DNA of 64,000 nucleotides from a virus, in IMG/VR virus record IMGVR_UViG_3300017963_000253, positions 1-64,000 of that record; one strand, given 5' to 3'. Of the stretch, positions 53,902 through 63,732 are shown one piece after another (positions within the stretch are counted from its first letter, which is position 1; every line of letters starts with the position of its first letter). A program made the translations under genes and the position numbers. The notes beneath the pieces are model-generated. The model had not been told where the DNA came from. It saw nothing but the letters and a program-made list of their open reading frames with translations, and did not search any database.

Positions 53902-54663
53902 ATGAGGCTCCTGGTCAGCGGGGACAAACACTTGGGGTTGATCTCGGACGGGATGGAGCGCCTCGAGGAGCAGGCGCGGGTCCTCCGGGGGATAGTCAAG
54001 ACCCTGCTGGAGGAGGACCCGGACGTCTTCGTGGACCTCGGGGACCTCTTCCACGTCCCGAGACCAAGTCCCGCCGTCTACGTCCTGGCGTTGAAGTACT
54101 TCTTCGAGGTGAACTACTGGGCCTCCAGGAAGGGAAGAAGGGCCTTCTTCCTCGCGGGGAACCACGACAAACCGACGCGGGGGGACGTTCACGCCCTCTC
54201 TCCCCTGAAGGAGGTCTCCGAGTTGTTGGACTGGGGGGTCTCCAGTCCCGTGATAGACCTCCCGCTGATGGTGGAGGGGCGGAATTTGAACTTGATCTTC
54301 CTCCCGCACGTGACGGACTTCGAGGCGCTAGTGAACAGTGTTGGGGGGAAGAACGCGGAGGAGTACCTGGAGGAGTTCGCGGAGGTCTCCCTCCGGGATA
54401 CGGGAGTGAAGAAGATCCTGGTCTTCTCCCACCTGGAGGTCCCCGGTGCAACTGCTTCCGTGGACGAGACGGTGCAGCGGGACGTGGGTCTCTCCGTTCC
54501 GCGGTCCCTCTTAGAGGCGGAAAACGTCCTACGGGTCTACGCGGGTCACATCCACCGGTATCAGGAACTGGAGAAGGTGACCGTGGTCGGCTCCTCCATC
54601 TACGTCGACTTCGGGGAGGCGGATGACCCGAAGGGGATGATCCTCTCGGAGGTGCGGACGTGA
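53902..54663 (+). CDS. sbcD: SbcD/Mre11-like metallophosphoesterase (nuclease domain)
   Basis: GDKHLG, LGDLFH, AGNHD, SH, AGHIH motifs. Confidence 0.85.
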   Translation: MRLLVSGDKHLGLISDGMERLEEQARVLRGIVKTLLEEDPDVFVDLGDLFHVPRPSPAVYVLALKYFFEVNYWASRKGRRAFFLAGNHDKPTRGDVHALSPLKEVSELLDWGVSSPVIDLPLMVEGRNLNLIFLPHVTDFEALVNSVGGKNAEEYLEEFAEVSLRDTGVKKILVFSHLEVPGATASVDETVQRDVGLSVPRSLLEAENVLRVYAGHIHRYQELEKVTVVGSSIYVDFGEADDPKGMILSEVRT

Positions 54664-54887
54664 AGAAGCTGGTGGAAGAGAAAGAGACCCAGCCGGACCG
54701 GGTCTGGATGACCCTGGAGCGGAAGTACCGGGTCGCGCAGTACGAGAGCCTTCAGGTCTCCCTCGGTGCTTCCTCCAACGTGGAGCCGGGGGAGAACCTC
54801 TCCGCGGCGCAGAAGCGGGTCTTCTCGCAGCTCCGGGAGGACTTCTACGACGTCGTCGACGTGATGAGGGAGGCGGAGGGGATCTGA
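54660..54887 (+). CDS. hypothetical protein
   Basis: GTGA overlap; ERKYRVAQYESL.V motif. Confidence 0.6.
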   Translation: MKKLVEEKETQPDRVWMTLERKYRVAQYESLQVSLGASSNVEPGENLSAAQKRVFSQLREDFYDVVDVMREAEGI

Positions 54888-55381
54888 TGCCGCGAAAGAA
54901 GAAGCTTCGGAAGACGCGCTCGGAGGTCAAGGTCTCCGGGATGAGAGTTCGGTCCGCCGCGGAGGTGAGCTGCGTCTCCGGGCCGGTCTCCAACCGACTG
55001 ATCCGAACCGGCGCGGACCCGACGGTGGAGGTCACCTTTGAACTTCCCGCGGACTGGGACGGGAAGTTCCCCCTGGACCCCGGGGCGGTGAAGGGGACGC
55101 GGGTCAAGCCGGTAGTGGTCCTCCCGGAGGAGTTGGTCTCTGGGGTAGATAGGCACGCTCTGAGGACCGCCATCCTGGACGCCGGGGCGCTCTACTGCAA
55201 GGTCCCCTTTCTCCGGGTGATCCGGAGGAAGCAGACGCGGGACCGGAGGCACGCCCCGGACCTCCCCCTGGAGGAGTCCCTTCGGATCTTCGCGGAGGAG
55301 ACCAAGACGGAGGATCCGGAGGAGGTCGTAAAGTTCGCGGCGGCGCTGGCCCGGGAGGCGGACGCGGGGGCTACGGAATGA
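54887..55381 (+). CDS. probable separated C-terminal part of SbcD/Mre11
   Basis: Alpha/beta segment plus terminal helix-loop-helix (LEESLRIF...EEVVKFAAAL) directly before SbcC. Confidence 0.45.
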   Translation: MPRKKKLRKTRSEVKVSGMRVRSAAEVSCVSGPVSNRLIRTGADPTVEVTFELPADWDGKFPLDPGAVKGTRVKPVVVLPEELVSGVDRHALRTAILDAGALYCKVPFLRVIRRKQTRDRRHAPDLPLEESLRIFAEETKTEDPEEVVKFAAALAREADAGATE

Positions 55382-57594
55382 TCTATAAGACCGTCAGACT
55401 GAAGAACGCCGGACCCTTCCTCGCGGACTGGGAGGTGGAACTCCCGGAGGGGCCCACCGTGGTGGTGGCCCGGTACGAGGAGAGCGAGGTCCGGAGTAAC
55501 CGGGGAGGCAAGTCCTTCTTCGCGGTGGACTGCCCCCTCTACGCCCTCTTCGGGCGGTTCCGCGGGAGTAAGGTGGACGAGTTCCCCCACCGCCTCGCCC
55601 GCGGGAAGGAGGAGTCCTGGGTGGAGCTGGAGGTCACCTCCAGCGACGGGCGGGACTGGACGGTCAAGCGCGGGAGGACCGCCTCCGGGGACCCGATCCG
55701 GGAGCTTAACGGGAGTCAGATCTCGGAGAAGGACCTCCTCCGGACGGTGGAGGATGAGATCCTGGGTCTGAGTTACGAGGAGTACGTCTCTACCAACGCC
55801 TTCGTTCAGGGGGAGATGCACGCCTTCATGCAGAAGACCCCGGCGGAGAAGCGGAAGCTGGTCTCCCCGTGGTTCAAGACGGATCGCTGGGTCCCCCGGG
55901 TGGAGCTGGCCCGGAAGAGACTGAAGGCGGCTCAGCGGGACCTCCGGGTTCTGGCGGAGCGGGAGGCGGAGGAGCGGGAGGATCTGGACCGCCGCGCCGG
56001 GGCGGAGGAGGTCTGGACCTTGGCCGCGGCGGAGACCGCTGAGCTTCGGGAGGACTTGTCCGCGGTTTTGGAACGCGGAGGCACCCTGAAGGCGGACCTC
56101 GCCGCGCTGGAGGAGAGTCGGAAGAACCGGACCGCCCTGGAGGCGGAGCTGGAGCGCGCCCGGGAAGAGGCCGCGGAGGAGCGGGAGGCCGCGGAGGGCG
56201 CGGTGAGGTCCTCCGGAATGGCCCTAGATCGCTCCAAGGAGGCCCTGAAGGAGGCCCGGGTCCGGGAGGACCGTCGCCGGGTCTTAGAGGGCGAGGTGGA
56301 GCAGCTGGAGGCCCTACGCGCGGACCTGGAGGGGACCCGGGGGGACCTCCGGACCGCGGAGCGGGAGGTGAAGGAACTCTCCGCGCAGCGGGAGGTGCTA
56401 CTGAAGCAGTTCCGGGAGCTGAAGGACTCCCGGACCGGGGTCTGCCCCGTCCTCCGGGAGAGCTGCGACCGGGTGGAACCGGACCCCGCCGTCCTGGACG
56501 GTCTGAAGCGGGAGGGATTGACCGCCCGTCGCGCGATAGAGCGCGGGAAGAACTCGGTCTCGGAGTTGAAGTGGAAGCTGGAGAACGTCCTCGCGGAGGT
56601 GAGCGAGGCGTCTAAGGCGGAGCAAGATCTCTCCCAACTCCGGGAGGAGGTCTCCCTGGCGGAGGCGGAGCGGAACTACGAGGAGGCGTCCCGGAGGTTT
56701 CAGCGGGACAAGACCGCGCTCTCCAAGTTGAAGTCCAAGGGGAGCGCCTCCACCCGCGCGGTGAAGCGGCTCTGCAAGGAACTGGAGAAGCTCTCGGAGG
56801 TGGACGACTCCGGGCTTTTGGAGAAGGCGGCGGCGCTCCGGGAGGAGAAGTCGCTCCTGGAGGTCGAGATCAAGGAGGCGGAGGCGCGGGAGGTGGACGC
56901 CCTGGGTACCCTGAAGCGCTGCGAGCGGGCGGAGGTGGAGCTGGAGAAGATCTCTCAGGAGCGGGAGGAGACGCGCCGGAGGGTGAAGCTCCTCGCCTGG
57001 ACCTCCTACGCCTTCGGGGCCGCGGGGATCCCGAGTCGGGAGCTGGAGAACGCCTTCGGGGCCGCGGAGGACTCGATGAACCGGGTCCTCTCCGGTATCG
57101 GGACCCCGCTCCGGCTCTCCTTCTCCCCCACCCGGGAGTTGAACGACTGGGAACCCGCCTGTCTTGCCTGCGGGGAGACCTTCGAGAAGGGGGAGCGGAC
57201 GCACGTCTGCAAGGAGTGCGGGACCCCGCGGCGGAAGCGGCGGCGGGACGAACTCCGGTTGGAGGTGGAGGACGGGGGACAGGAGTCCTCCTTTGATCTG
57301 GACTCCGGTGGGGGGAAGGTCTTCCTCTCCATCGGGGCGCGCTTGGGGCTCTCCGCCCTCCCCGGTTCTACTAGGGCGGTGCGGTGCGAACATATCCTGA
57401 TAGATGAGCCAGACGGGGCGCTGGACGAGGTGAACCGCGCCGCGCTCCACGAGTTGATCCGGAGTCGGATGGCGGAACTGGGGATCCGGCAGGTGATCCT
57501 GGTCACCCACGCGGACGTCCGCCGGGAGTTCTCCTCGGTGGTCACGGTTCACCGCTGGGAGGAGGAGGACCGCTCTGCGGTCTGGAAGGAGTAG
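55378..57594 (+). CDS. sbcC: SbcC/Rad50-like ATPase
   Basis: SNRGGKS, FVQG Q-loop, long coiled coils with central CPVLRESC, DSGG, ILIDEPDGALD, LVTH. Confidence 0.9.
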   Translation: MIYKTVRLKNAGPFLADWEVELPEGPTVVVARYEESEVRSNRGGKSFFAVDCPLYALFGRFRGSKVDEFPHRLARGKEESWVELEVTSSDGRDWTVKRGRTASGDPIRELNGSQISEKDLLRTVEDEILGLSYEEYVSTNAFVQGEMHAFMQKTPAEKRKLVSPWFKTDRWVPRVELARKRLKAAQRDLRVLAEREAEEREDLDRRAGAEEVWTLAAAETAELREDLSAVLERGGTLKADLAALEESRKNRTALEAELERAREEAAEEREAAEGAVRSSGMALDRSKEALKEARVREDRRRVLEGEVEQLEALRADLEGTRGDLRTAEREVKELSAQREVLLKQFRELKDSRTGVCPVLRESCDRVEPDPAVLDGLKREGLTARRAIERGKNSVSELKWKLENVLAEVSEASKAEQDLSQLREEVSLAEAERNYEEASRRFQRDKTALSKLKSKGSASTRAVKRLCKELEKLSEVDDSGLLEKAAALREEKSLLEVEIKEAEAREVDALGTLKRCERAEVELEKISQEREETRRRVKLLAWTSYAFGAAGIPSRELENAFGAAEDSMNRVLSGIGTPLRLSFSPTRELNDWEPACLACGETFEKGERTHVCKECGTPRRKRRRDELRLEVEDGGQESSFDLDSGGGKVFLSIGARLGLSALPGSTRAVRCEHILIDEPDGALDEVNRAALHELIRSRMAELGIRQVILVTHADVRREFSSVVTVHRWEEEDRSAVWKE

Positions 57595-57600
57595 AGAGAG

Positions 57601-57993
57601 ATGGACGCTTCTGTGAATAAGGTCATTTTGATCGGGCGGCTGGGAACGGACCCGGAACTCCGGTACTTTGACTCCGGGAAGGCGCTCTGTAACTTCTCCC
57701 TGGCGACTAACCGGAGTTGGAAGGACCGAAACGGGGAGAGTCAGGAGCGGACGGACTGGCACCGTATCGTAACCTGGTCGCGACTTGCGGAGAACTGCTC
57801 CAAGTACCTGGAGAAGGGAAGGAAGGTCTTCGTGGAGGGGCGTCTGGAGACCCGGAACTGGGAGGACGAGGAGGGGAAGCGTCACTACATCACGGAGGTG
57901 GTGGCGAGCAATGTACTCTTTCTCGGCGGCGGGAGCGTTAACGAGGGACCTCCTCCGACGCAGGAGGAATTGGACGAGGACCTTCCCTTTTGA
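57601..57993 (+). CDS. ssb: single-stranded DNA-binding protein
   Basis: [17 protein letters not shown]...FSLAT...TDWHRIV...KG..VFVEGRL.TR.W; ends DEDLPF. Confidence 0.95.
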   Translation: MDASVNKVILIGRLGTDPELRYFDSGKALCNFSLATNRSWKDRNGESQERTDWHRIVTWSRLAENCSKYLEKGRKVFVEGRLETRNWEDEEGKRHYITEVVASNVLFLGGGSVNEGPPPTQEELDEDLPF

Positions 57994-58847
57994 GACTGAA
58001 GCAATCCATTTGCCCGGGGTACGTTTGGGAGGACCCGGAGGGTCTGCACCTGATCGCTTGCGGGGACTTCCGGGACCCGGGCCTGCTTCGCGGGCTCCTG
58101 AAGCGGTTCGGGGAGGAGGAGTTCCAACTCACGCTCGCGGATCCTCCCTACGCGGTGGCATCGGAGAAGCAGCGGATCCAGTTGGAGGGGCGTAAGGACC
58201 AGTTCCTGACGGAGAAGTGGGACCTCCTGACACCGGAGGAACTGAGAGACCTCCTCGTTCGTCTGTGTCTGGAGGTCACGCGGGTTACTCCCGCCGGGAA
58301 CGTCTGGATCTGGACCTCCGACTGGTACGTCTCGGAGCTGAAGTGGGAGCTGAAGCGTCTCGGACTCCGGGTCTGGCCCACCTACGTCTGGTGCAAGTCC
58401 AACCCACCTTGGCAGGTCCGGAAGTCGAACCCCGCCTCCGCCTGCGAGTTCCTGGTGATGGCCAGCAAGAAGGGGAACTATTTTGAACTAGACGCCCTCC
58501 CGAAGCAGCGAAACTGGTTCGTTGCCTCCGCGTCCGGGGAGTTGGATTACTCCCCTGCGGTCTCCCCCTACTGGGTGGAGCGCCCGGTGGTTCACGCCGC
58601 GGAGCGCCTCCGGAAGGTGGGGGAGAAGGAGTTCCTGAATCGCGCCCAGAAGCCGCTAGACGTGACGGAGGCCCTTGTTCGCGCCGGGTGTCCGGAGGGT
58701 GGTTTGCTCCTGGACCTCTGCGGGGGGACCGGAACAGGGTTACTCGCAGCGGAGCGGACGGGTCGCCGCTGCGTCTACGTGGAGAAGGACCCAACGCAGG
58801 TGCGGGCGGCGGGACGCCGCCTCCTGGAGGAGCGGAGGAATGGTTAA
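57990..58847 (+). CDS. DNA amino-methyltransferase (m6A/m4C, beta class), orphan
   Basis: ADPPY precedes QKP and [12 protein letters not shown]-binding motif. Confidence 0.88.
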   Translation: MRLKQSICPGYVWEDPEGLHLIACGDFRDPGLLRGLLKRFGEEEFQLTLADPPYAVASEKQRIQLEGRKDQFLTEKWDLLTPEELRDLLVRLCLEVTRVTPAGNVWIWTSDWYVSELKWELKRLGLRVWPTYVWCKSNPPWQVRKSNPASACEFLVMASKKGNYFELDALPKQRNWFVASASGELDYSPAVSPYWVERPVVHAAERLRKVGEKEFLNRAQKPLDVTEALVRAGCPEGGLLLDLCGGTGTGLLAAERTGRRCVYVEKDPTQVRAAGRRLLEERRNG

Positions 58848-59547
58848 GAGACTCAGGGACCCCGGGTACGGTCCCTTCGTGGGGATAGACCAGTCCGCGC
58901 GTGGGACCGCCGCGGTCGCCATCGTGGACGGGAAGATGGCGGGGCTTTTCTTCTACGCGGACACGAAGACGAAGGCGGCGGAGATCCGTAAGTCTTTAGA
59001 CTCTAAGGATATCACCGTATTGGATCCTATAGAGGTGAAGGCCGCTGATGAGTGGGGTCGAGTGGAGCGACTAGCTCATTTACGGGGGTGTCTCCGCGCC
59101 TTTCTTCGAAGATGGAATCCCGTCAACGCTGCCTTGGAGGATTACGCTTTATCTAGGAAGGCATTCGTTCACTTCCTTGGGGAGGTGGGTGGCGTCGTTC
59201 GATTGGAGTTTCGAGCGGCTGAGATCCCGTTCCGGGCTTACGACGTGCAGGCGGTGAAGATGTTCGCCACCGGGAGGGGGGACGCGGAGAAGGCGGACAT
59301 GGTTCTGGCCTGCCGGGACCGCTGGGAGGGTCTGAACTTCCTGGAGTACGGGAAGACGGAGAAGGCCGCGGGGAACGTGGCGGATGCCTACGTCATCGCG
59401 CAGCTCCTCCGGACGGAGATCCTCATTCGCGCCGGGGTGGTGAAGCTGGAGGATATTCGGGAGGAGGAGCGCCGGACCTTCCTCCGGACTACGAAGCAGC
59501 GCCCGGTGAACATCCTGGACACCCCGTTCGCGGTGAGGGCCAGCTGA
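58840..59547 (+). CDS. RuvC-like Holliday junction resolvase
   Basis: VGIDQS, ALEDY, LGEVGGVV, VK.FATG.G.A.K.DM, N.ADAY. Confidence 0.85.
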   Translation: MVKRLRDPGYGPFVGIDQSARGTAAVAIVDGKMAGLFFYADTKTKAAEIRKSLDSKDITVLDPIEVKAADEWGRVERLAHLRGCLRAFLRRWNPVNAALEDYALSRKAFVHFLGEVGGVVRLEFRAAEIPFRAYDVQAVKMFATGRGDAEKADMVLACRDRWEGLNFLEYGKTEKAAGNVADAYVIAQLLRTEILIRAGVVKLEDIREEERRTFLRTTKQRPVNILDTPFAVRAS

Positions 59548-59834
59548 TGACCCGCTACTTCGACATCCCCGGGGGGTTGGTTCTAGAGCTAGAGGACGTC
59601 CTGGAGGGGATCACCGGGGACTTGAACCGGGAGATGGAGAAGAATCTCCGGGAGGTGGTGAAGGACGTCTACCAAGACGGGGCGGCGGACCTCTCCACCG
59701 CGGTGGTCGAGGAGGCGCTGAACGTACTGGACCTCCCGTTGAAGTTGCTTGTGGACGAGCTAGACCGCGCCGGGTGGGATTTACGCAGGCGGCACCGGGG
59801 CGGTAGGATGAGGCGCGTGAAGAAACTCGCTTAG
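59547..59834 (+). CDS. hypothetical protein
   Basis: TGATG coupling. Confidence 0.6.
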   Translation: MTRYFDIPGGLVLELEDVLEGITGDLNREMEKNLREVVKDVYQDGAADLSTAVVEEALNVLDLPLKLLVDELDRAGWDLRRRHRGGRMRRVKKLA

Positions 59835-59849
59835 AGAGGAGGAGATGTT

Positions 59850-60110
59850 ATGTCAGAGTTGCTGCAGGAGGACGCGAATCCGGAGGAGGCGATCGAGTTC
59901 GCTAAGGACCTCCTGGACGACATCGAGATCCTGAGGGAGAAGGAGGACGGAGGGGAACTCCCCTCCTACGCCCGGGACTTCGCGGATGAGGTGGACGAGA
60001 AGGTGGAGGGGATCCTGGACTGGATGGACGTGGAGTCCCACGTGACGGAGAAGCAGATCTCCACCCTGAACGGGATCCGCGGCGGCGTGGACCGTTGGTT
60101 GGGTAGGTGA
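59850..60110 (+). CDS. acidic hypothetical protein
   Basis: GAGGAGG RBS. Confidence 0.65.
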   Translation: MSELLQEDANPEEAIEFAKDLLDDIEILREKEDGGELPSYARDFADEVDEKVEGILDWMDVESHVTEKQISTLNGIRGGVDRWLGR

Positions 60111-60111
60111 G

Positions 60112-60597
60112 ATGCTGGCGGGACTCCTCCTCCGGACCGGACTCCTCCTCTCCCTCCGCGGGGAGGTCCTGGAGTCCGGGCTCCTTTCCTACTACTGGCC
60201 CGGGGACTCGACGGGGACGGGTTCCGTCTTGGCGTGCGACCGTCCGAAGCGGCGGAGGTTCTACCGGAGGGGGAGCGTTCACGTGGCGATGCGGACCTGG
60301 TACCGCCTGGGGTGCGGGACTGAGGTCCTTCTCTGCGCCTCGGACACTTCTCGCTGCGCGCTGGCTCCCGTCCTGGACTCCGGTCCCTGGGGGATCGTCC
60401 GGGGACCGCTCCGGAACGCGCGGGCGGAGGGGCGCTGGAGGCGTCCCCGGAGCGCGGTGGAGGCAAATACCTGGCTCCGCGCCCTCCCGGAGGGGTGGAG
60501 GTTTCGCGGGGTTGCGGACCTCTCCGTAGCGCTCTGGAAGAAGCTCGGGAGACCGTTGCCTCTGACCCAGATCTCGATCTACCGCTTGAGGCGCTGA
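60112..60597 (+). CDS. RlpA-like double-psi beta-barrel protein (putative lytic transglycosylase)
   Basis: SYY, VAMR, CGT.V, VLDSGPW, ADLS.A.W.KLG motifs. Confidence 0.7.
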   Translation: MLAGLLLRTGLLLSLRGEVLESGLLSYYWPGDSTGTGSVLACDRPKRRRFYRRGSVHVAMRTWYRLGCGTEVLLCASDTSRCALAPVLDSGPWGIVRGPLRNARAEGRWRRPRSAVEANTWLRALPEGWRFRGVADLSVALWKKLGRPLPLTQISIYRLRR

Positions 60598-60599
60598 GG

Positions 60600-61010
60600 A
60601 TGTATTGCAAGATGGACCTGGACGACGCCTTTGTCATGGAGCGGATGGAACCGCGGACGCGCGCTTGCGCCTGCAAATCGGTCCCGGTTGCGTCCTCGAC
60701 TTCCTACGGGTGCGTCTGCCCCGTTTGTAGATCTGAATGCCGGGAGTGCCCCGGGTTCGGTTACGCCGCGCCTCCGAAGAAGCGGGTTCATCAGATCCTC
60801 TCCCGGGTCCGGGGGCAGATCCGCCGCCGGATGAGAATTCACGGTAGACCACCGGGGTTCGTCCGTTTAACCTTCCTGGAGATCCGGCAGCTGCTCCGGA
60901 AGCGGAGCGCGGAGGAGGCGGATCACTGGATCCGGGACTTTGTGGAACCGGGTCCACCGCTAAGAGTTTACGACGTGATAGTGGTCACAGATCGGAGAAG
61001 AGAGGAATGA
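60600..61010 (+). CDS. Cys-rich hypothetical protein
   Basis: ATG at 60600; CAC...CVCPVC..EC.EC. Confidence 0.5.
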   Translation: MYCKMDLDDAFVMERMEPRTRACACKSVPVASSTSYGCVCPVCRSECRECPGFGYAAPPKKRVHQILSRVRGQIRRRMRIHGRPPGFVRLTFLEIRQLLRKRSAEEADHWIRDFVEPGPPLRVYDVIVVTDRRREE

Positions 61011-62134
61011 AGCAGGTAACGCAGTATACGACCGCGGAGGCCCGGGACTTCTTCGAGCGCCTCTCCACCTACAGCGCGGAGTACGTCCGGGTCGCTATCC
61101 CGAAGATTCACGCGCACTGGCCCTCGAGCAACTACTACGACGAGTGGAGGTACGATCACCCAATCGGACACGTTCTACACTACACGGCGGGGACCTCCTT
61201 CGCGGGGACGGTCCGTCACTTCGTAACCCAGCACCGCGCCTCCAGTCACTGGGTGATCGGGAAGGCCCTGGACAGACGCTTCGAGCAACTCCGGTTGAAC
61301 CTGGACCTAGACTTGGCGCTCCGCTCGGAGTGCGTCCAGATCGTACCCCCGGACCGACCGGCCTGGCACGCGGGGTGGGTCAACCGAATCCTCGCGGGGA
61401 CGGAGTTGCGGAACGCCGGGATCCTCCGCCCCGTCCCGAAGGGGAAGCCGGTTCACCCCGGGCGGATCTCCCGGGGCGACTTCTTCTCCTGCGGGAAGTA
61501 CGAAGTCGAGGACCTGGATTTCTACTGGTGGCCGGGTGGTTGGAGCACGCCCTTCCGCGGGGAGGTCCTTCGGGTGAAGACCCCGGGCGGCGTTTCCTTT
61601 TGGGAGACCTTCTCCCGGGGGCAGCTCTCCACCCTTGTCACCGTCCTGCGGTACCTGAACTCCCTCTACCCGGAGAAGTTGGACCCGGTCTGGACGCTGG
61701 CTCACCACAACCTCGACCCCGGGAAGAACGACGTGGTCCTACCTCTCCCCCTGAACGAGATCCGGGAGTCCGTCCTCTTCTCCAACGAACACGTCGACGA
61801 GTTGGACTGGCTCGCGGAGTACGACGACTTCGAGGACGACTTCGAGGACTTGGACGATCCGCTCCTCCTCCGGGAGTCGGACGACCGCCAGCGGGACAGA
61901 GCGGAGGAGGACCTGGACGACTTCGACCCGGGGGACATTCGCGGGAAGGTGGACACCCCGGAGGAGACCAAGGAGGCGCTCCGGCGGTTCGCCTTCTGGA
62001 CGGAGGAACCGCAGGACGTGGTTCGCTCTGTTCGGATCTTCCAGCGCGGTCGTCGCCTTCGGGTGGACGGGGACGCGGGACCGGAGACCAACGGACGCCT
62101 GGAGCGGGAGCTGAAGGAGTGGCGGATCCGCTGA
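61007..62134 (+). CDS. N-acetylmuramoyl-L-alanine amidase (Amidase_2) with C-terminal peptidoglycan-binding domain
   Basis: VLHYTAG, ASSHWVI, AWHAG..N...GTE, AHH...GKND; VRIFQ....LRVDG.AGPET. Confidence 0.85.
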   Translation: MKQVTQYTTAEARDFFERLSTYSAEYVRVAIPKIHAHWPSSNYYDEWRYDHPIGHVLHYTAGTSFAGTVRHFVTQHRASSHWVIGKALDRRFEQLRLNLDLDLALRSECVQIVPPDRPAWHAGWVNRILAGTELRNAGILRPVPKGKPVHPGRISRGDFFSCGKYEVEDLDFYWWPGGWSTPFRGEVLRVKTPGGVSFWETFSRGQLSTLVTVLRYLNSLYPEKLDPVWTLAHHNLDPGKNDVVLPLPLNEIRESVLFSNEHVDELDWLAEYDDFEDDFEDLDDPLLLRESDDRQRDRAEEDLDDFDPGDIRGKVDTPEETKEALRRFAFWTEEPQDVVRSVRIFQRGRRLRVDGDAGPETNGRLERELKEWRIR

Positions 62135-62156
62135 CTCATCTCGGTTAGGAGTAGAC

Positions 62157-62768
62157 ATGTCGAGCGAACTCTTCTACGTCCGCGTCTACCGCCCCTCTGA
62201 GGTCTTCGAGTGCGAGGTAGAGGTGGACCCGGACCTGATCGGCCTAGACGACGAGTCGGAGGCGGAGAACACGGACCCGAAGCGGGAGGCGCTCCGGCTC
62301 GCGTTGAAGCAAGCCAAGTCCGGTCGGGGGAAGCAGGTTCCCGGGGCGGGGGAGGAGTTCGTCGCGCTGATCTGGAACGAGGAGAACGTCCTCTCCACCC
62401 ACACCCTCTTACGGTCCTCCGAGAAACTCCGGAGATTAAAGGAGATGACGGAGGATCCCGTCTACGGGCTGATGCCGGACGTGAGATTGAAGTTCCTGGA
62501 GATCTTGAACCCGCTTCTGGGGGAGGTAGAGCGAGATGAATCCGAACACCGGGGGACTATACCCGATAGAGAAGGACGAGAACTGAGTGGAGAGGTTCCG
62601 GAAGCAGTCGGAGAGCCTGAAGGAGGCGCTCCGGCGGGCGCGGGAGTCGGAGGACCGCAGAGCGGCGGACAGCGAACCGCTACCCGGAACCGCCGTCCCC
62701 GCCGAGTGGCCCCGGTTCAACGTCGGAGACGAAGTCGGGCCGGTAAAGGGGTGGCTGATGACGGTTGA
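62157..62768 (+). CDS. hypothetical protein (C-terminal third may be spurious)
   Basis: AGGAG RBS; beyond about 62536 it overlaps a better-looking frame. Confidence 0.5.
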   Translation: MSSELFYVRVYRPSEVFECEVEVDPDLIGLDDESEAENTDPKREALRLALKQAKSGRGKQVPGAGEEFVALIWNEENVLSTHTLLRSSEKLRRLKEMTEDPVYGLMPDVRLKFLEILNPLLGEVERDESEHRGTIPDREGRELSGEVPEAVGEPEGGAPAGAGVGGPQSGGQRTATRNRRPRRVAPVQRRRRSRAGKGVADDG

Positions 62769-62874
62769 GTCCATCGACGTCCTGAAGCAGACGATCACCC
62801 TCCGTCCCTCCCGGAAGGCGGGTCGGAAGAGCAAGCGGGGGAACCGAAGGAAGCGGAAGCGGGGGCGTAAATGA
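62587..62874 (+). CDS. small basic protein with SH3/KOW-like segment; may start at 62536 across a TGA
   Basis: FNVGDEV..KG..MTVESID; basic tail. Confidence 0.5.
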   Translation: MERFRKQSESLKEALRRARESEDRRAADSEPLPGTAVPAEWPRFNVGDEVGPVKGWLMTVESIDVLKQTITLRPSRKAGRKSKRGNRRKRKRGRK

Positions 62875-63065
62875 GTGAAGACCCCAGAGACCCCAGAGAT
62901 CGCTACGTGACGGTTTGCGCAGCGTGTCTCCGTGCTTCCTGCTGGCAAGGTCGCTTCTACTGTGACACCGCGCGGGACGCCGGGACTCGGGAGCTTTCTG
63001 TCTCTCATCTGAAGAGGTTAGACCTGGAAAATCCTGAGTACTGGGAGGAGGATAGAGATGAGTAA
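62871..63065 (+). CDS. small Cys-rich protein
   Basis: VTVCAACLRASCWQG.FYCD; ATGA overlap. Confidence 0.6.
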   Translation: MSEDPRDPRDRYVTVCAACLRASCWQGRFYCDTARDAGTRELSVSHLKRLDLENPEYWEEDRDE

Positions 63066-63732
63066 GCGCGTGATCGTTACGGGCGGGTGCGGATTCCTGG
63101 GTTCCCACGTCGTCGACGAGTTGCTGGAGAGGGGTCACTCCGTGACGGTGGTGGACAACCTTTCCTCCTGCTGGATGGAGGAGTCCGGGGGAAATCCAAC
63201 CCCGAGGTTTCAGCGGGATGAGGCGGAGTACAACTTCTTCTGCATGGAGGAGGGTCGCTGGACGCTTTTGGAGGGCGTGGCGGAGGCGGAGGCGGTTATT
63301 CACCTCTCCAAGCGTCACCCCCTGGAACCGGAGCGCCCGTTGGTCACTTCCGCCTGGAACGGGTACGTCTCCGGGGGGATCTCCCTCCTGAACTTCCTCT
63401 TGGACATCCGCGCGCCGTTGAAGCGCTTCGCGGCGGTGGGGACCGCGGAGGCGTTCGACGCGCGGGGTAGACCCGCCCCGTTCTTCCCGGTAGAGCGCGC
63501 GCTGAGTTCCTGGCTGGAGCACTGGCACCGCCCACCCGCGCTTGGGGCGTACATGGTTAACTTCCAGGAGTTGACCGGGGAGAGAAGACTCCCGGAGGCG
63601 GGGGAGGTGGGTCCGGGGTACTCCGCACCCGTAACTTGGGCCGCTCGAGAACTGGCGGATCTCGCGGACGGGACGCGGAAGCATCAGAAGGCATCGAGAC
63701 TCTTCCCGATATACAAGTTGACGGAGTTATGA
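63058..63732 (+). CDS. degenerate NAD-dependent epimerase/dehydratase (SDR)
   Basis: VIVTGGCGFLGSHVVDELLERGH.VTVVDNLS, VIHL; no YxxxK; short. Confidence 0.7.
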   Translation: MSKRVIVTGGCGFLGSHVVDELLERGHSVTVVDNLSSCWMEESGGNPTPRFQRDEAEYNFFCMEEGRWTLLEGVAEAEAVIHLSKRHPLEPERPLVTSAWNGYVSGGISLLNFLLDIRAPLKRFAAVGTAEAFDARGRPAPFFPVERALSSWLEHWHRPPALGAYMVNFQELTGERRLPEAGEVGPGYSAPVTWAARELADLADGTRKHQKASRLFPIYKLTEL

